A stretch of DNA of 15,009 bases from Candidatus Fraserbacteria bacterium (GCA_947085185.1 CAMTVK010000018.1:1-15009), one strand, 5' to 3'. Positions 1 through 8,648 are shown, counted from the first letter of the stretch. Numbers and translations: made by a program. Notes: generated by a model not told the origin, from the sequence alone.

Positions 1-183
1 CGGAAGCACGAAAGTCGTCGAGGTCCTGGGGGTTGTGCAGGACCGGCGGGCGACGACGATGGGACGGCACACACCCAGGGCAATGGGCCTCTTTGGGGGA
101 TGAGGCCGATGGGGTTGTGGAGCAGAATGGCACGGCATTTGTCTCATCTTCCCAAGAGGCCCAGCAGTCGTCGCGCGCCTCGC
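1..183 (+). promoter_or_regulatory. Probable CRISPR leader (partial, may extend left of the window)
   Basis: Lies 5' of the first repeat in the orientation implied by the repeat's ATTGAAAC 3' end. Contains nested inverted repeats GTCGTCG(14-20)/CGACGAC(51-57) and GGTCCTG(22-28)/CAGGACC(38-44), about 130-170 bp from repeat 1. No convincing coding content. Confidence 0.6.
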
Positions 184-1904
184 CTTTTAATTGGACCAGT
201 GTGGTATTGAAACTCGCGAGCTCCGACAACCGCACTTTGAGCCATTCTACATCTTTTAATTGGACCAGTGTGGTATTGAAACTTCATCTGAGACTATGTA
301 CTCCACCACGACCGCCCCTCTTTTAATTGGACCAGTGTGGTATTGAAACTTGAGTGCTCGCGTCGAGCACGATCAGGTGAAGCTTCTTTTAATTGGACCA
401 GTGTGGTATTGAAACTCGTAGATAGAGTCCTCGACGATGATGAACGCACCGCTTTTAATTGGACCAGTGTGGTATTGAAACCTCTCACCGCCCAGGCCCA
501 AATAAATTCCTCGGGCTGGCTTTTAATTGGACCAGTGTGGTATTGAAACCAGACTTTCGCTACATTCTCACGTGACAAAAGCAATACTTTTAATTGGACC
601 AGTGTGGTATTGAAACGCAGCTCTGTCGGGGATTGTCTATTTTGCAGTTTCAGCTTTTAATTGGACCAGTGTGGTATTGAAACTTTCGTCGCGGTCATCT
701 TGCCCCTCCAGGTGAAGCCCCTTTTAATTGGACCAGTGTGGTATTGAAACGTGCGGAGCGGAGCACTGTGTGCCCACAGTGCCCATGTGCTTTTAATTGG
801 ACCAGTGTGGTATTGAAACATGGGGCGCTGTAAACGTTTGTTCAGTTTTTTTATTCCTTTTAATTGGACCAGTGTGGTATTGAAACAAGAGCGCGCATGG
901 GATGAGGAGAGGCTGGCTGAGATCTTTTAATTGGACCAGTGTGGTATTGAAACTGGGCGTAGTACGCGGGCAAGGAGGAAGCATGAAAATAAGACTTTTA
1001 ATTGGACCAGTGTGGTATTGAAACGTCCTTGTGGTGGAGTGGCTGGAGCTGTGGTGTTCCTCTTTTAATTGGACCAGTGTGGTATTGAAACTGAGGGGGA
1101 GGGGGGCGGTGTGTTGTTTCCTCCGCCCTTTTAATTGGACCAGTGTGGTATTGAAACTGGGATTCTTCACGAGCGGGAGGTTCTTCATGATATTCCTTTT
1201 AATTGGACCAGTGTGGTATTGAAACCAGGCAGCCGTAGCACCGGGCCTCGATCTTTGCTGCCTTCTTTTAATTGGACCAGTGTGGTATTGAAACTTACAG
1301 GTGCGGCCGCTGTGAGCACGCTGGCAAGACTTTTAATTGGACCAGTGTGGTATTGAAACCAATTTTGTGTTTCTCTTGCAGCTTGCGAACGCGGCGCCTT
1401 TTAATTGGACCAGTGTGGTATTGAAACTTTTGGCCGGATGTGTTTTTGCACATCGGCTAAAACGCTTTTAATTGGACCAGTGTGGTATTGAAACTTGATA
1501 TTACAGATAAACTTAATGCCTTCCCAAGATTCCTTTTAATTGGACCAGTGTGGTATTGAAACGGAAGAGAACACAGGATTCGGAGCACCAGCTGCTGGAA
1601 CTTTTAATTGGACCAGTGTGGTATTGAAACCGACGTGAAAAGAGAACAGCTCGAGATCATCCCGCGGCGTACTTTTAATTGGACCAGTGTGGTATTGAAA
1701 CCTCGAGCAAGCGAAATATCTGTATCTTATGAAGAATGCTTTTAATTGGACCAGTGTGGTATTGAAACAGGGTTAGAGGGGCAGGTGGTATCACCTGCCC
1801 CCGCTTTTAATTGGACCAGTGTGGTATTGAAACGACAACGAACACTTTTACGCCGGGCCACCAGGTTGCCGGAGCTTTTAATTGGACCAGTGTGGTATTG
1901 AAAC
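184..1904 (+). CRISPR. CRISPR array: 26 identical 30-bp repeats (CTTTTAATTGGACCAGTGTGGTATTGAAAC) and 25 spacers of 35-41 bp; repeat class typical of Cas6-processed type I-B/III systems
   Basis: Repeat starts counted at 184, 253, 320, 386, 452, 520, 587, 654, 721, 790, 857, 924, 995, 1062, 1128, 1196, 1265, 1330, 1398, 1465, 1533, 1601, 1672, 1739, 1804, 1875. The repeat ends in ATTGAAAC (8-nt 5' handle) preceded by a small ACCA-GTG-TGGT stem. Subtype is inference because no cas genes are in the window. Confidence 0.99.
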
Positions 1905-2036
1905 TTGGAAACGCTCGGCGTCATAGCAATATTCGGGGCAATGCTGCTGGTCATGGGGCTTCTCGTGCCGTCTCTCGCAGCGGCGGCGTTCGTGGGAGGG
2001 CTGCTGCTCCTTGGTGCCGGAGTGTTCGCATTCTAG
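1905..2036 (+). CDS. Possible 43-aa two-helix membrane peptide or gene remnant directly after the last CRISPR repeat (LETLGVIAIFGAMLLVMGLLVPSLAAAAFVGGLLLLGAGVFAF)
   Basis: Hand translation from TTG at 1905 to TAG at 2034-2036. Almost entirely hydrophobic with a central Pro-Ser turn. No SD, and not in the ORF track. Confidence 0.35.
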   Translation: METLGVIAIFGAMLLVMGLLVPSLAAAAFVGGLLLLGAGVFAF

Positions 2037-2440
2037 AAAAGAAAGAGCACATCCCGTTTGTACGCTATCACACCCCGAAGCCTCCCAGCTCCATCCCCCA
2101 ACAGCTCCCTCATCCCCTCCCCGCGCACCACCCACACCTCGCTCTCCTCCAACGCCCGCGCTAAATACCCCCCACGCCCATCCTCCCCATCAAAAAAGAG
2201 CTCCCCAAACAGATCCCCAACACCCAAAATCGCCTGCTCATCCCCAACAGAAACCCCCACACGCCCCCGACAGATCAAATAGATCGCATCAGCCCTCTCA
2301 TGCCCCTTGTGAATCCACGCCCCACATGCATACTGCACCCGCTCCCCTATCTCCTCCACCCAGCGAAAGAACCGACACGGCTGCGCCAGAGCCTTAAGCT
2401 GAAACGGCGACGCTGTCTGCACAAGCTTCGCGGTCGTCAT
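2033..2440 (-). CDS. Stand-alone cyclic-nucleotide-binding (cNMP/CAP_ED) domain protein, no HTH
   Basis: YACGAWIHKGHERADAIYLICRGRV...LGVGDLFGELFF...ARALEESEVWVV matches the cNMP beta-barrel pattern. ATG at 2440 (MTTAKL); the ORF track extends to 2461. Confidence 0.7.
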   Translation of the reverse strand: MTTAKLVQTASPFQLKALAQPCRFFRWVEEIGERVQYACGAWIHKGHERADAIYLICRGRVGVSVGDEQAILGVGDLFGELFFDGEDGRGGYLARALEESEVWVVRGEGMRELLGDGAGRLRGVIAYKRDVLFLF

Positions 2441-2488
2441 AGGGCTTGAGTCTACCCCCAAGCCCCAAGCGCCTCAAGGGGAAGAGTC

Positions 2489-4336
2489 TCACTCCCTCGA
2501 GCCATCCGTCCGCTCCAAGAGTGATCGTAGAGACGGCGACGAGGGAACCCGCAACGCGCTATAGAGCTGCTGCGCTACCCCCTGCGGCAGGATCTCGCAC
2601 AGCTCTTCTTGGGAGGCCCTGCGAATCCCCTCCAGCGAACCGAAGCGCTCCAAGAGCCGACGCTTGCGCTGTGGCCCAATCCCCGCAACGCTCTCGAGCA
2701 CCGACTCCAAGAATCTCTTCCGGCGCACCACCCGATGATACGAGAGCGCAAACCGATGGGCCTCGTCGCGCACGCGCTGCAGCAGCTGCAGCGCCGCACA
2801 AGTACGCGCCAGCACGATGGGCTCCGCCCGGCCCTCTATAAAAATATGCTCGTGCTCTTTAGCCAGAGCGATCGTGGGGATCTGTTCACAGCCCAACTGG
2901 CGCAACACAGCGCGCGCCGCGCCCAGCTGCCCCTTGCCCCCATCTATGAGAATGAGGTCGGGCAGGGGAAGAAAGCGCTCATCGCCCTTGCGCGCCCGCT
3001 CCAAGCGCCGCCGCATCACCTCGGCAATCATGGCAGAGTCATCGACACCCGAAACGGTCTCAATGCCAAAGCGCCGATACTCTGATCTCTTCGCCACTCC
3101 ATCCACAAAGACGACCATCGAGCCCACCGCATGCTGCCCATACAGATCTGAGATGTCATAGGCTTCGATGCGGCGCGGCCAGTTCTCCAGGCCCAACACG
3201 CGCTGCAGCTCGCGCAGGGGCTGCTGGGAGCGTTCGGGTTCGTCGAGGGTAGCGGCGTGTTGGCGCAGGGCCAGCGCGGCGTTGTGCGCTACAAGCTCTA
3301 AGAGTCTGCGCGTCGGCCCGCGAGAGATGCTCTTTATCCGGACCGGCCCACCGCGACGCTCCGCCAGCCAGCGCTCCAGAGCCTCGGGCTCCTCAAGCGC
3401 ACAGGGCACAAGAATCTCTCTGGGAATCTGCTGGGCCCGCTCATAGTAGTGTTTCACAAACGCCGTCAAGATTTCAGATTCTGTTGAGTCTGAGGGGGCA
3501 TCGAGAAAGACGCTCTCGCGCCCTATAAGCTTGCCAGCTCTCACGAAGAAGACCTGGACGCACGCGGTCTCGTAGTCGCGCGCACACGCGATCAGATCGC
3601 GCTGGGTCGGCTTGGAGAGCCCTTGGCGCTGCCCCGCAGAAAGCTGCTCCAAGGCTTTGATCTGATCGCGCAGCCGCGCCGCACGCTCAAACTCCAAGCG
3701 CTGTGCGGCTTCTTCCATGCGGGCGCGCAGCTCCCTGAGTAAGTCTTCGTAACGCCCGCGAAGAAAGAGCATGGCGCCCTCGACAAGCTTGCTGTACTCT
3801 CTTTGGGAGATCGCGCCCACGCACGGGGCATCGCACAGCCCGATATAGTGATCCAAGCACGGGCGCTGGCGCACCGGAGGTCTGGTGATGTCGAGCGCGC
3901 AGGTGCGCAATCGAAAGATCTTTTGCAGAATTTTTATTGTCTCGCGCACGGCGTCGCTGTTGGTATACGGGCCAAAATACCTTCCGTCATGCGCCACGCG
4001 CCGCGCGATCTCCACCCGCGGGAAGGGCTCGTCCGTGAACCGAATATACGGATAGCGCTTGTCGTCCTTGAGATGAATATTATAGCGCGGCTGGTGCTTT
4101 TTAATAAGAGCCGCTTCAAGCAGGAGCGCATCGCGTTCGGTCTGGGTGACAACATATTCCAAATCTGAGACCTCGCGCATGAGGCGCTGCGTCTTGAGGT
4201 CATCTGTCGTCTGGAAGTACGAGCGGACACGATCTCTCAGCGACGCGGCCTTGCCCACATAGAGAATCTTGCCCTGGGCGTCCTTGAAGAGATAGACGCC
4301 AGGCTCAGCGGGCAAAGTTTTCAGCTTGACTTCCAT
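2489..4336 (-). CDS. uvrC: Excinuclease ABC subunit C
   Basis: GIY-YIG N-terminus (LPAEPGVYLFKD...YVGKA..LR.RV.SYF), Cys cluster, UVR motif (LEFERAARLRDQI), RNase H-like domain (RIEAYDIS, PDLILIDGGKGQL, RDEAHRFA) and C-terminal HhH (GIGP). Start is ATG 4336 or TTG 4342. Confidence 0.98.
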   Translation of the reverse strand: MEVKLKTLPAEPGVYLFKDAQGKILYVGKAASLRDRVRSYFQTTDDLKTQRLMREVSDLEYVVTQTERDALLLEAALIKKHQPRYNIHLKDDKRYPYIRFTDEPFPRVEIARRVAHDGRYFGPYTNSDAVRETIKILQKIFRLRTCALDITRPPVRQRPCLDHYIGLCDAPCVGAISQREYSKLVEGAMLFLRGRYEDLLRELRARMEEAAQRLEFERAARLRDQIKALEQLSAGQRQGLSKPTQRDLIACARDYETACVQVFFVRAGKLIGRESVFLDAPSDSTESEILTAFVKHYYERAQQIPREILVPCALEEPEALERWLAERRGGPVRIKSISRGPTRRLLELVAHNAALALRQHAATLDEPERSQQPLRELQRVLGLENWPRRIEAYDISDLYGQHAVGSMVVFVDGVAKRSEYRRFGIETVSGVDDSAMIAEVMRRRLERARKGDERFLPLPDLILIDGGKGQLGAARAVLRQLGCEQIPTIALAKEHEHIFIEGRAEPIVLARTCAALQLLQRVRDEAHRFALSYHRVVRRKRFLESVLESVAGIGPQRKRRLLERFGSLEGIRRASQEELCEILPQGVAQQLYSALRVPSSPSLRSLLERTDGSRE

Positions 4337-4359
4337 CTCCAAAAGATACTATCACAAAA

Positions 4360-4388
4360 TTGACAGGCGTTCATCGCGCTTGTACGAT
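4360..4388 (+). promoter_or_regulatory. Sigma70-type promoter for the M20 peptidase gene
   Basis: TTGACA(4360-4365)-17 bp-TACGAT(4383-4388); SD AAGGAGG at 4407-4413. Confidence 0.7.
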
Positions 4389-4418
4389 AGCACTACGTCT
4401 GCAAACAAGGAGGCTTCT

Positions 4419-5780
4419 ATGAAGAGCGTGGACTGGGCTGCATTGGGGAAAGAGACGACAGAGATGCTCTCAGAACTGATCCAGCTTGACACGACCAACC
4501 CGCCGGGGAACGAGTATAAAGCTATTCAGTATCTCCAGAAAAAGCTCGCCCAGGAGGGGATTGAGAGCGAGGTCTTGGAGAGGGAGAAAGGGCGCTCCAA
4601 TCTCGTCGCGCGGCTGAAGGGCCAGCGCCCCGGCAAAAAGTTATTATTGCTCTCGCACGTGGACGTCGTCCCCGCGCCCGACCCCACAAAATGGCAGTAC
4701 CCGCCGTTCAGCGGGGCTATTGCTGAGGGGTATGTGTGGGGTCGCGGCGCCCTCGATATGAAGGGCATGACCGCGATAGAATATTCTGTGTTTACACTCT
4801 TCAAGCGCGCGCGCCTCGATTTTGCCGGCGAGCTCATGTTCGTTGCCACTGCCGACGAAGAGCAAGGCTCCCGTTACGGAGCTGAATGGCTCGCCCAGAC
4901 ATACCCGGAGCACCTGCGCGCTGATTGGTGTCTCACCGAAGGCGGCGGGATGCCCTTACAGATCGGCCCGAAAGTCTTCTATACTATTGAGAGTGTGGAG
5001 AAAGGCCTCTGGTGGCTGAGAGTGCGCGTGCAGGGCTCTTCGGGGCATGGCTCGCTGCCGCACCCCGATAACGCTCTGGCAAAAGCTGCGTATATCATTG
5101 ATCGAGTCTCTCAACACAAATTCCCCAAGAAGATCGCGCCCGCCGTGCGCGAATTTATTCTCAAAGCCAGCGACGCCCTGGGCCCAGAAGTCAAAAAGCT
5201 CGCGCTCGTGCTCTTAGACGAATCCCAAGAGCTCGAGCTCTCGCTCTTGCCCAAGGACGCTCCTATCAGCGCGGCGCTCGTCAACGCTCTCGTGCGGACA
5301 ACGATCTCTCCAACGATGATCAAAGCAGGCGTCAAAGAGAACGTCATCCCCGATAGCTGCGAGTTCGTCCTCGACTGTCGGCTTGTGCCAGGCGACTCCA
5401 AAGAGCGCGTACGCCAGACCCTGCTTGAGCTTGCAGACCGATATAAAGACGACATCGAGCTGGAGACGATCCAGTTCCATGACGTTTCTGAGTCCCCCAT
5501 TGACGACCCGTTTTATGCACTGATTGAGCGGACTGTCAAAGAAGAGCTTCCCGGCGTAGAGACGATCCCCATAATGCTGACAGGGGCTACAGACTCGCGC
5601 TTTGTGCGAGAGTTGGGGACAAAGTCCTATGGGTTCTGTCCGCTCTCCACGAAGATGAGTCTGGCTGAGCGTGAAAAGCTTATTCACAATGACAACGAGC
5701 GCATAGACACGGAGAGCTTAGAGCTTGGGGTGCGCCTGCTGAGCAAGATCGCGCTGAAAGCTCTTGAGGCGAAAGCATAA
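4419..5780 (+). CDS. M20/M25/M40 family metallo-hydrolase (ArgE/DapE-like peptidase)
   Basis: Motifs SHVDVV, GRGALDMKG, ADEEQG, EGG, GHGS, GATDSRF, IHNDNER. ATG 4419 follows AAGGAGG. Confidence 0.93.
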   Translation: MKSVDWAALGKETTEMLSELIQLDTTNPPGNEYKAIQYLQKKLAQEGIESEVLEREKGRSNLVARLKGQRPGKKLLLLSHVDVVPAPDPTKWQYPPFSGAIAEGYVWGRGALDMKGMTAIEYSVFTLFKRARLDFAGELMFVATADEEQGSRYGAEWLAQTYPEHLRADWCLTEGGGMPLQIGPKVFYTIESVEKGLWWLRVRVQGSSGHGSLPHPDNALAKAAYIIDRVSQHKFPKKIAPAVREFILKASDALGPEVKKLALVLLDESQELELSLLPKDAPISAALVNALVRTTISPTMIKAGVKENVIPDSCEFVLDCRLVPGDSKERVRQTLLELADRYKDDIELETIQFHDVSESPIDDPFYALIERTVKEELPGVETIPIMLTGATDSRFVRELGTKSYGFCPLSTKMSLAEREKLIHNDNERIDTESLELGVRLLSKIALKALEAKA

Positions 5781-5841
5781 ATTGCATGAGAACCTTTCGG
5801 CTTGAATCTGTGCCCTAGCCCTCAGATGGTAGGGCGAGGAT

Positions 5842-6231
5842 CTACCATAGAGTGTCAATGAGCCCAGCATCCACAATAGCTTTATCTCGCGTGATCACTG
5901 CTACCTTTGTGCCAAGGGCTTCTTGAATCACCAGGCCGGTCGCGATAATTATGGCATCATGAATCTCCAAGGTCGTCGGCATTTTAGCAATGACCGCTTC
6001 ATCTAAGGGGTAGATCGCGCAGTTTCGGGCGGTGATCACACGCCGATAGATCATATCTGGATCGATACTAATACGCTTTTTGGCGAAGAGAAATTTGCTC
6101 TCGGCCAAGACGATAGCAGGGATGACTATCTCCGTATCTGCTTTGAGCAAGATGGACCTAGCCCTCTTCCCCAAACGTTTGTTGGCTTCCAGGAACCACA
6201 CGAGGGAATGAGTATCGACCACGTAGATCAT
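5842..6231 (-). CDS. PIN-domain (VapC family) toxin
   Basis: N-terminal VVDTHSLVW, conserved E (IVLAE), HDAIIIATG and ITRD motifs; 129 aa; ATGA overlap with the upstream small gene. Confidence 0.9.
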   Translation of the reverse strand: MIYVVDTHSLVWFLEANKRLGKRARSILLKADTEIVIPAIVLAESKFLFAKKRISIDPDMIYRRVITARNCAIYPLDEAVIAKMPTTLEIHDAIIIATGLVIQEALGTKVAVITRDKAIVDAGLIDTLW

Positions 6232-6431
6232 GGTATCTCATCTAGTCCTTGATACTCAGCCTCTTGGATCTCTTCATAGGTAGATTCGCTCTGGCCCTTA
6301 AGAAGCCCATACAGCAAGGAAAGTGGCTCACTATTGGCAGTGGTTTGGGCCACCTTGGCCTTCAGGATCTTCAACTGGAGCTCCAGGCTCTTGACTCGCG
6401 AGTTCAACAAGGGAACTTCAATCCCTTTCAT
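6228..6431 (-). CDS. Putative antitoxin of the PIN toxin (67 aa)
   Basis: Small ORF translationally coupled to the PIN gene. SD GGAGGTG precedes ATG 6431. C-terminal LYGLLKG plus acidic tail, typical of VapB-like partners. Confidence 0.7.
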   Translation of the reverse strand: MKGIEVPLLNSRVKSLELQLKILKAKVAQTTANSEPLSLLYGLLKGQSESTYEEIQEAEYQGLDEIP

Positions 6432-6552
6432 GTGTGTCACCTCCAACTCCTGCTTGCTTGGATCCTTCATTATACAGCTTTTTTCGCCAAAACAATCGAA
6501 CAGAGGGATATCAGCGATCCAAGTAATACGCGGAGGGTTCCTCTAGGACTCA

Positions 6553-6599
6553 ATATAAAGAAGATGGGTCGTCGAGAACAACAGATTCACGACGACCCA
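6553..6599 (-). terminator. Intrinsic terminator of the cold-shock gene
   Basis: 10-bp stem TGGGTCGTCG(6565-6574)/CGACGACCCA(6590-6599), followed on the - strand by TCTTCTTTATATT. Confidence 0.65.
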
Positions 6600-6608
6600 C
6601 CCTGAAGA

Positions 6609-6815
6609 CTAGCTCTTCACTCTGACGTTCGCCGCCCGCAGGCCCTTGGGGTCTTGTTCGATGTCGAACTCCACGGCTTGGCCTTCGCGCAGGGTTTTGA
6701 AGCCTTCGGCTTTGATGGCCGAGAAGTGCACGAAGACATCCGGGCCGCCATTGTCCTGCTGGATGAACCCAAAGCCCTTGGCGTCGTTGAACCATTTGAC
6801 TTTGCCCGTCGCCAT
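6609..6815 (-). CDS. Cold-shock protein (CspA family), 68 aa
   Basis: [18 protein letters not shown]...DVFVHFSAI (RNP1/RNP2); SD GGAGG upstream of ATG 6815. Confidence 0.97.
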   Translation of the reverse strand: MATGKVKWFNDAKGFGFIQQDNGGPDVFVHFSAIKAEGFKTLREGQAVEFDIEQDPKGLRAANVRVKS

Positions 6816-6981
6816 GTGACCTCCCTCCTTGTGGCTTGAATTTGACTGTTCGACGACAACGACCTGCACGGAGGGGAAGCCACCGGCAACGTCATTGACT
6901 CTGACAGCCATCTCCACTCGCTTCCGCGCCACAACGAAGCGAGGACAGCCAGAGTATAACACGGTTATTTTCGCTTGTCAA
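6816..6981 (-). promoter_or_regulatory. csp promoter and about 130-nt structured 5' UTR
   Basis: Minus strand TTGACA(6981-6976)-17 bp-TATACT(6958-6953) with TGn extension. The UTR has a hairpin CTCGCTTC...GAAGCGAG. Confidence 0.7.
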
Positions 6982-7029
6982 GGGCTCCAAGCCCAGTCGT
7001 TGTCGAGAGCGTCGCCTGTGCGCATGAAG

Positions 7030-8196
7030 CTACAGAGATTGCACAGCAAGGGAAATGCCGTTGCCGCCCCCCATGCAAATTGTCGCGAGCCCCAGCTCCG
7101 CGTTGCGATCTCTCATAGCCCACACGAGCGTCGTCAAGATTCTCGCCCCGCTCGCCCCAATAGGGTGCCCCAGCGCGATCGCCCCGCCGTTCACATTGAC
7201 CCGCGCCCAGTCCCATTCAAGCTCTTTTCCGTCGGCAAGCGTCTGCGCCGCAAACGCCTCGTTGACTTCAATGAGATCGAAGTCATTTACGCTGAGCTTC
7301 ATCTTGGCTAAGAGCTTTCTGGTCGACTCGACAGGGGCATAGAAGAGCTCTTTGGGTTCGACGGCAGCGATAGCATAGTCTACGATCTTGGCCAGTGGCG
7401 TGTAGCCCCGTCTTTTGGCCTCGTCGCTGGACATAATCAATATGGCTGAAGCCCCGTCATTGAGGCCCGGGGCGTTGCCTGCTGTGACCGTGCCCCCTTC
7501 TTTGAACGCCGGCTTGAGCTGCGCTAATTTCTCCAAAGACGTGTCTGGTCGAGGCGTCTCGTCTTGGGTGATCGGGCCATCTTTGGCGTGCAGGGGAATG
7601 AGCTCGTTGGCGAACTTCCCAGCCCTCATGGCCGCGACGGCCTTCATGTGGCTCTCATAGGCAAAGCGATCTTGCTCCTCTCGGGTGATCTTTGACTTAG
7701 TCGCTGTATATTCCGCAGCCAGTCCCATGTGCTGGTTCTCAAATGCACACCAGAGCCCATCAAAGATCATAGCGTCGATGAGCTTCTGGTCGCCAAACTT
7801 CAACCCCGCTCGCGCCCCTTTGAGCAGATAGGGCGTGTTGCTCATGGATTCCATCCCTCCGGCGATAATGATCTTCGTATCGCCGGCCTTGATCGCTTGA
7901 GCTGCTAAAATAACAGCTTTCAGTCCTGACCCACAGACTTTATTGATCGTCACCGCCGGGACTTTCGGCGAGAGGCCCCCGCGAATAGAGGCTTGACGCG
8001 CAGGAGCTTGTCCCACCCCCGCTTGCACCACTTGTCCCATGATCACCTCGTCGACTTCGTCACCCTGAAGATCGTTGCGCTCCTTGAGGGCGCGGATGAC
8101 GGCAGCTCCCAGATCCGTGGCGCTGAACGGCGCCAGACGCCCCTGAAACCGCCCCATCGGCGTGCGCACCGCATCCACGATGACCACATCCACCAT
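7030..8196 (-). CDS. Acetyl-CoA C-acetyltransferase (thiolase)
   Basis: NKVCGSG, GGMESMS, NEAFA, GHPIGASG and CMGGG catalytic motifs; 388 aa. Confidence 0.96.
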   Translation of the reverse strand: MVDVVIVDAVRTPMGRFQGRLAPFSATDLGAAVIRALKERNDLQGDEVDEVIMGQVVQAGVGQAPARQASIRGGLSPKVPAVTINKVCGSGLKAVILAAQAIKAGDTKIIIAGGMESMSNTPYLLKGARAGLKFGDQKLIDAMIFDGLWCAFENQHMGLAAEYTATKSKITREEQDRFAYESHMKAVAAMRAGKFANELIPLHAKDGPITQDETPRPDTSLEKLAQLKPAFKEGGTVTAGNAPGLNDGASAILIMSSDEAKRRGYTPLAKIVDYAIAAVEPKELFYAPVESTRKLLAKMKLSVNDFDLIEVNEAFAAQTLADGKELEWDWARVNVNGGAIALGHPIGASGARILTTLVWAMRDRNAELGLATICMGGGNGISLAVQSL

Positions 8197-8208
8197 AGCA
8201 GCTCCCTT

Positions 8209-8628
8209 CTAAACGGTAGGATTGATCTGATACGTGTACGAGACCTCGGCTTTAGGCTTAAGCGAGTTTGAGACAGAACAGTACTTCTCCAATGACAGAT
8301 CGATAGCGCGCTTGAGCTTCTCCTCGGGAACATCGCCCCAGATCTTATAGGCAATGCGAATCTTTGTGAAATACTTTGGGTATTCGGGGGCGCGATCCCC
8401 GTGGATCTCCATCTCAAAGCGCGTGAAGTTGACTTGCATCTTTCGCAGGATCGAGACGACGTCCATCCCCGTACAGCCCCCCAAAGCGATCAACACCATC
8501 TCCATGGGGCGTGGCCCTGTGTCGTGTCCGCCGACGTCCTCTGTTGTGTCCATGACGACTGCGTGCCCACTCTCACTGGTCGCCACAAACTGCATCCCGT
8601 CTACAAAGCGCACCGTGGCGCTCGGCAT
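8209..8628 (-). CDS. OsmC/YhfA family protein
   Basis: GPRPMEMVLIALGGCTGMDV...LSLEKYCSV. ATG 8628 follows AAGGGGGA. Confidence 0.93.
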   Translation of the reverse strand: MPSATVRFVDGMQFVATSESGHAVVMDTTEDVGGHDTGPRPMEMVLIALGGCTGMDVVSILRKMQVNFTRFEMEIHGDRAPEYPKYFTKIRIAYKIWGDVPEEKLKRAIDLSLEKYCSVSNSLKPKAEVSYTYQINPTV

Positions 8629-8648
8629 AGTATCCCCCTTCACTATAA

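Noticed and set aside
684..720. Spacer 8 contains CCCCTCCAGGTG, resembling the putative CsoR operator
   Set aside because: The match is short and imperfect. No full-length self-targeting spacer was seen in this window by eye.
33..1954. ORFs overlapping the array (FNWTSVVLK / FNTTLVQLK repeats)
   Set aside because: These are translations of CRISPR repeats, not genes.
2011..2397. Pro/His-rich + strand ORFs (2011-2397, 2058-2282)
   Set aside because: Shadow frames of the G-rich cNMP-domain gene on the - strand.
1905..2440. Idea that the 2-TM peptide and cNMP domain form a Pycsar-like effector
   Set aside because: They are on opposite strands, no cyclase is present in the window, and nothing else supports it.
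4326..4418. N-terminal extensions in the ORF track (M20 from 4326; also csp from 6962, 8852, copZ from 8846, HMA from 9084, csoR from 9493)
   Set aside because: Downstream starts fit SD sequences, gene spacing and family N-termini better; the extensions overlap promoters or other genes.
5812..5835. GCCCTA...TAGGGC hairpin between the convergent M20 and PIN genes
   Set aside because: Short stem without a U-tract on either strand; too weak to call a terminator.
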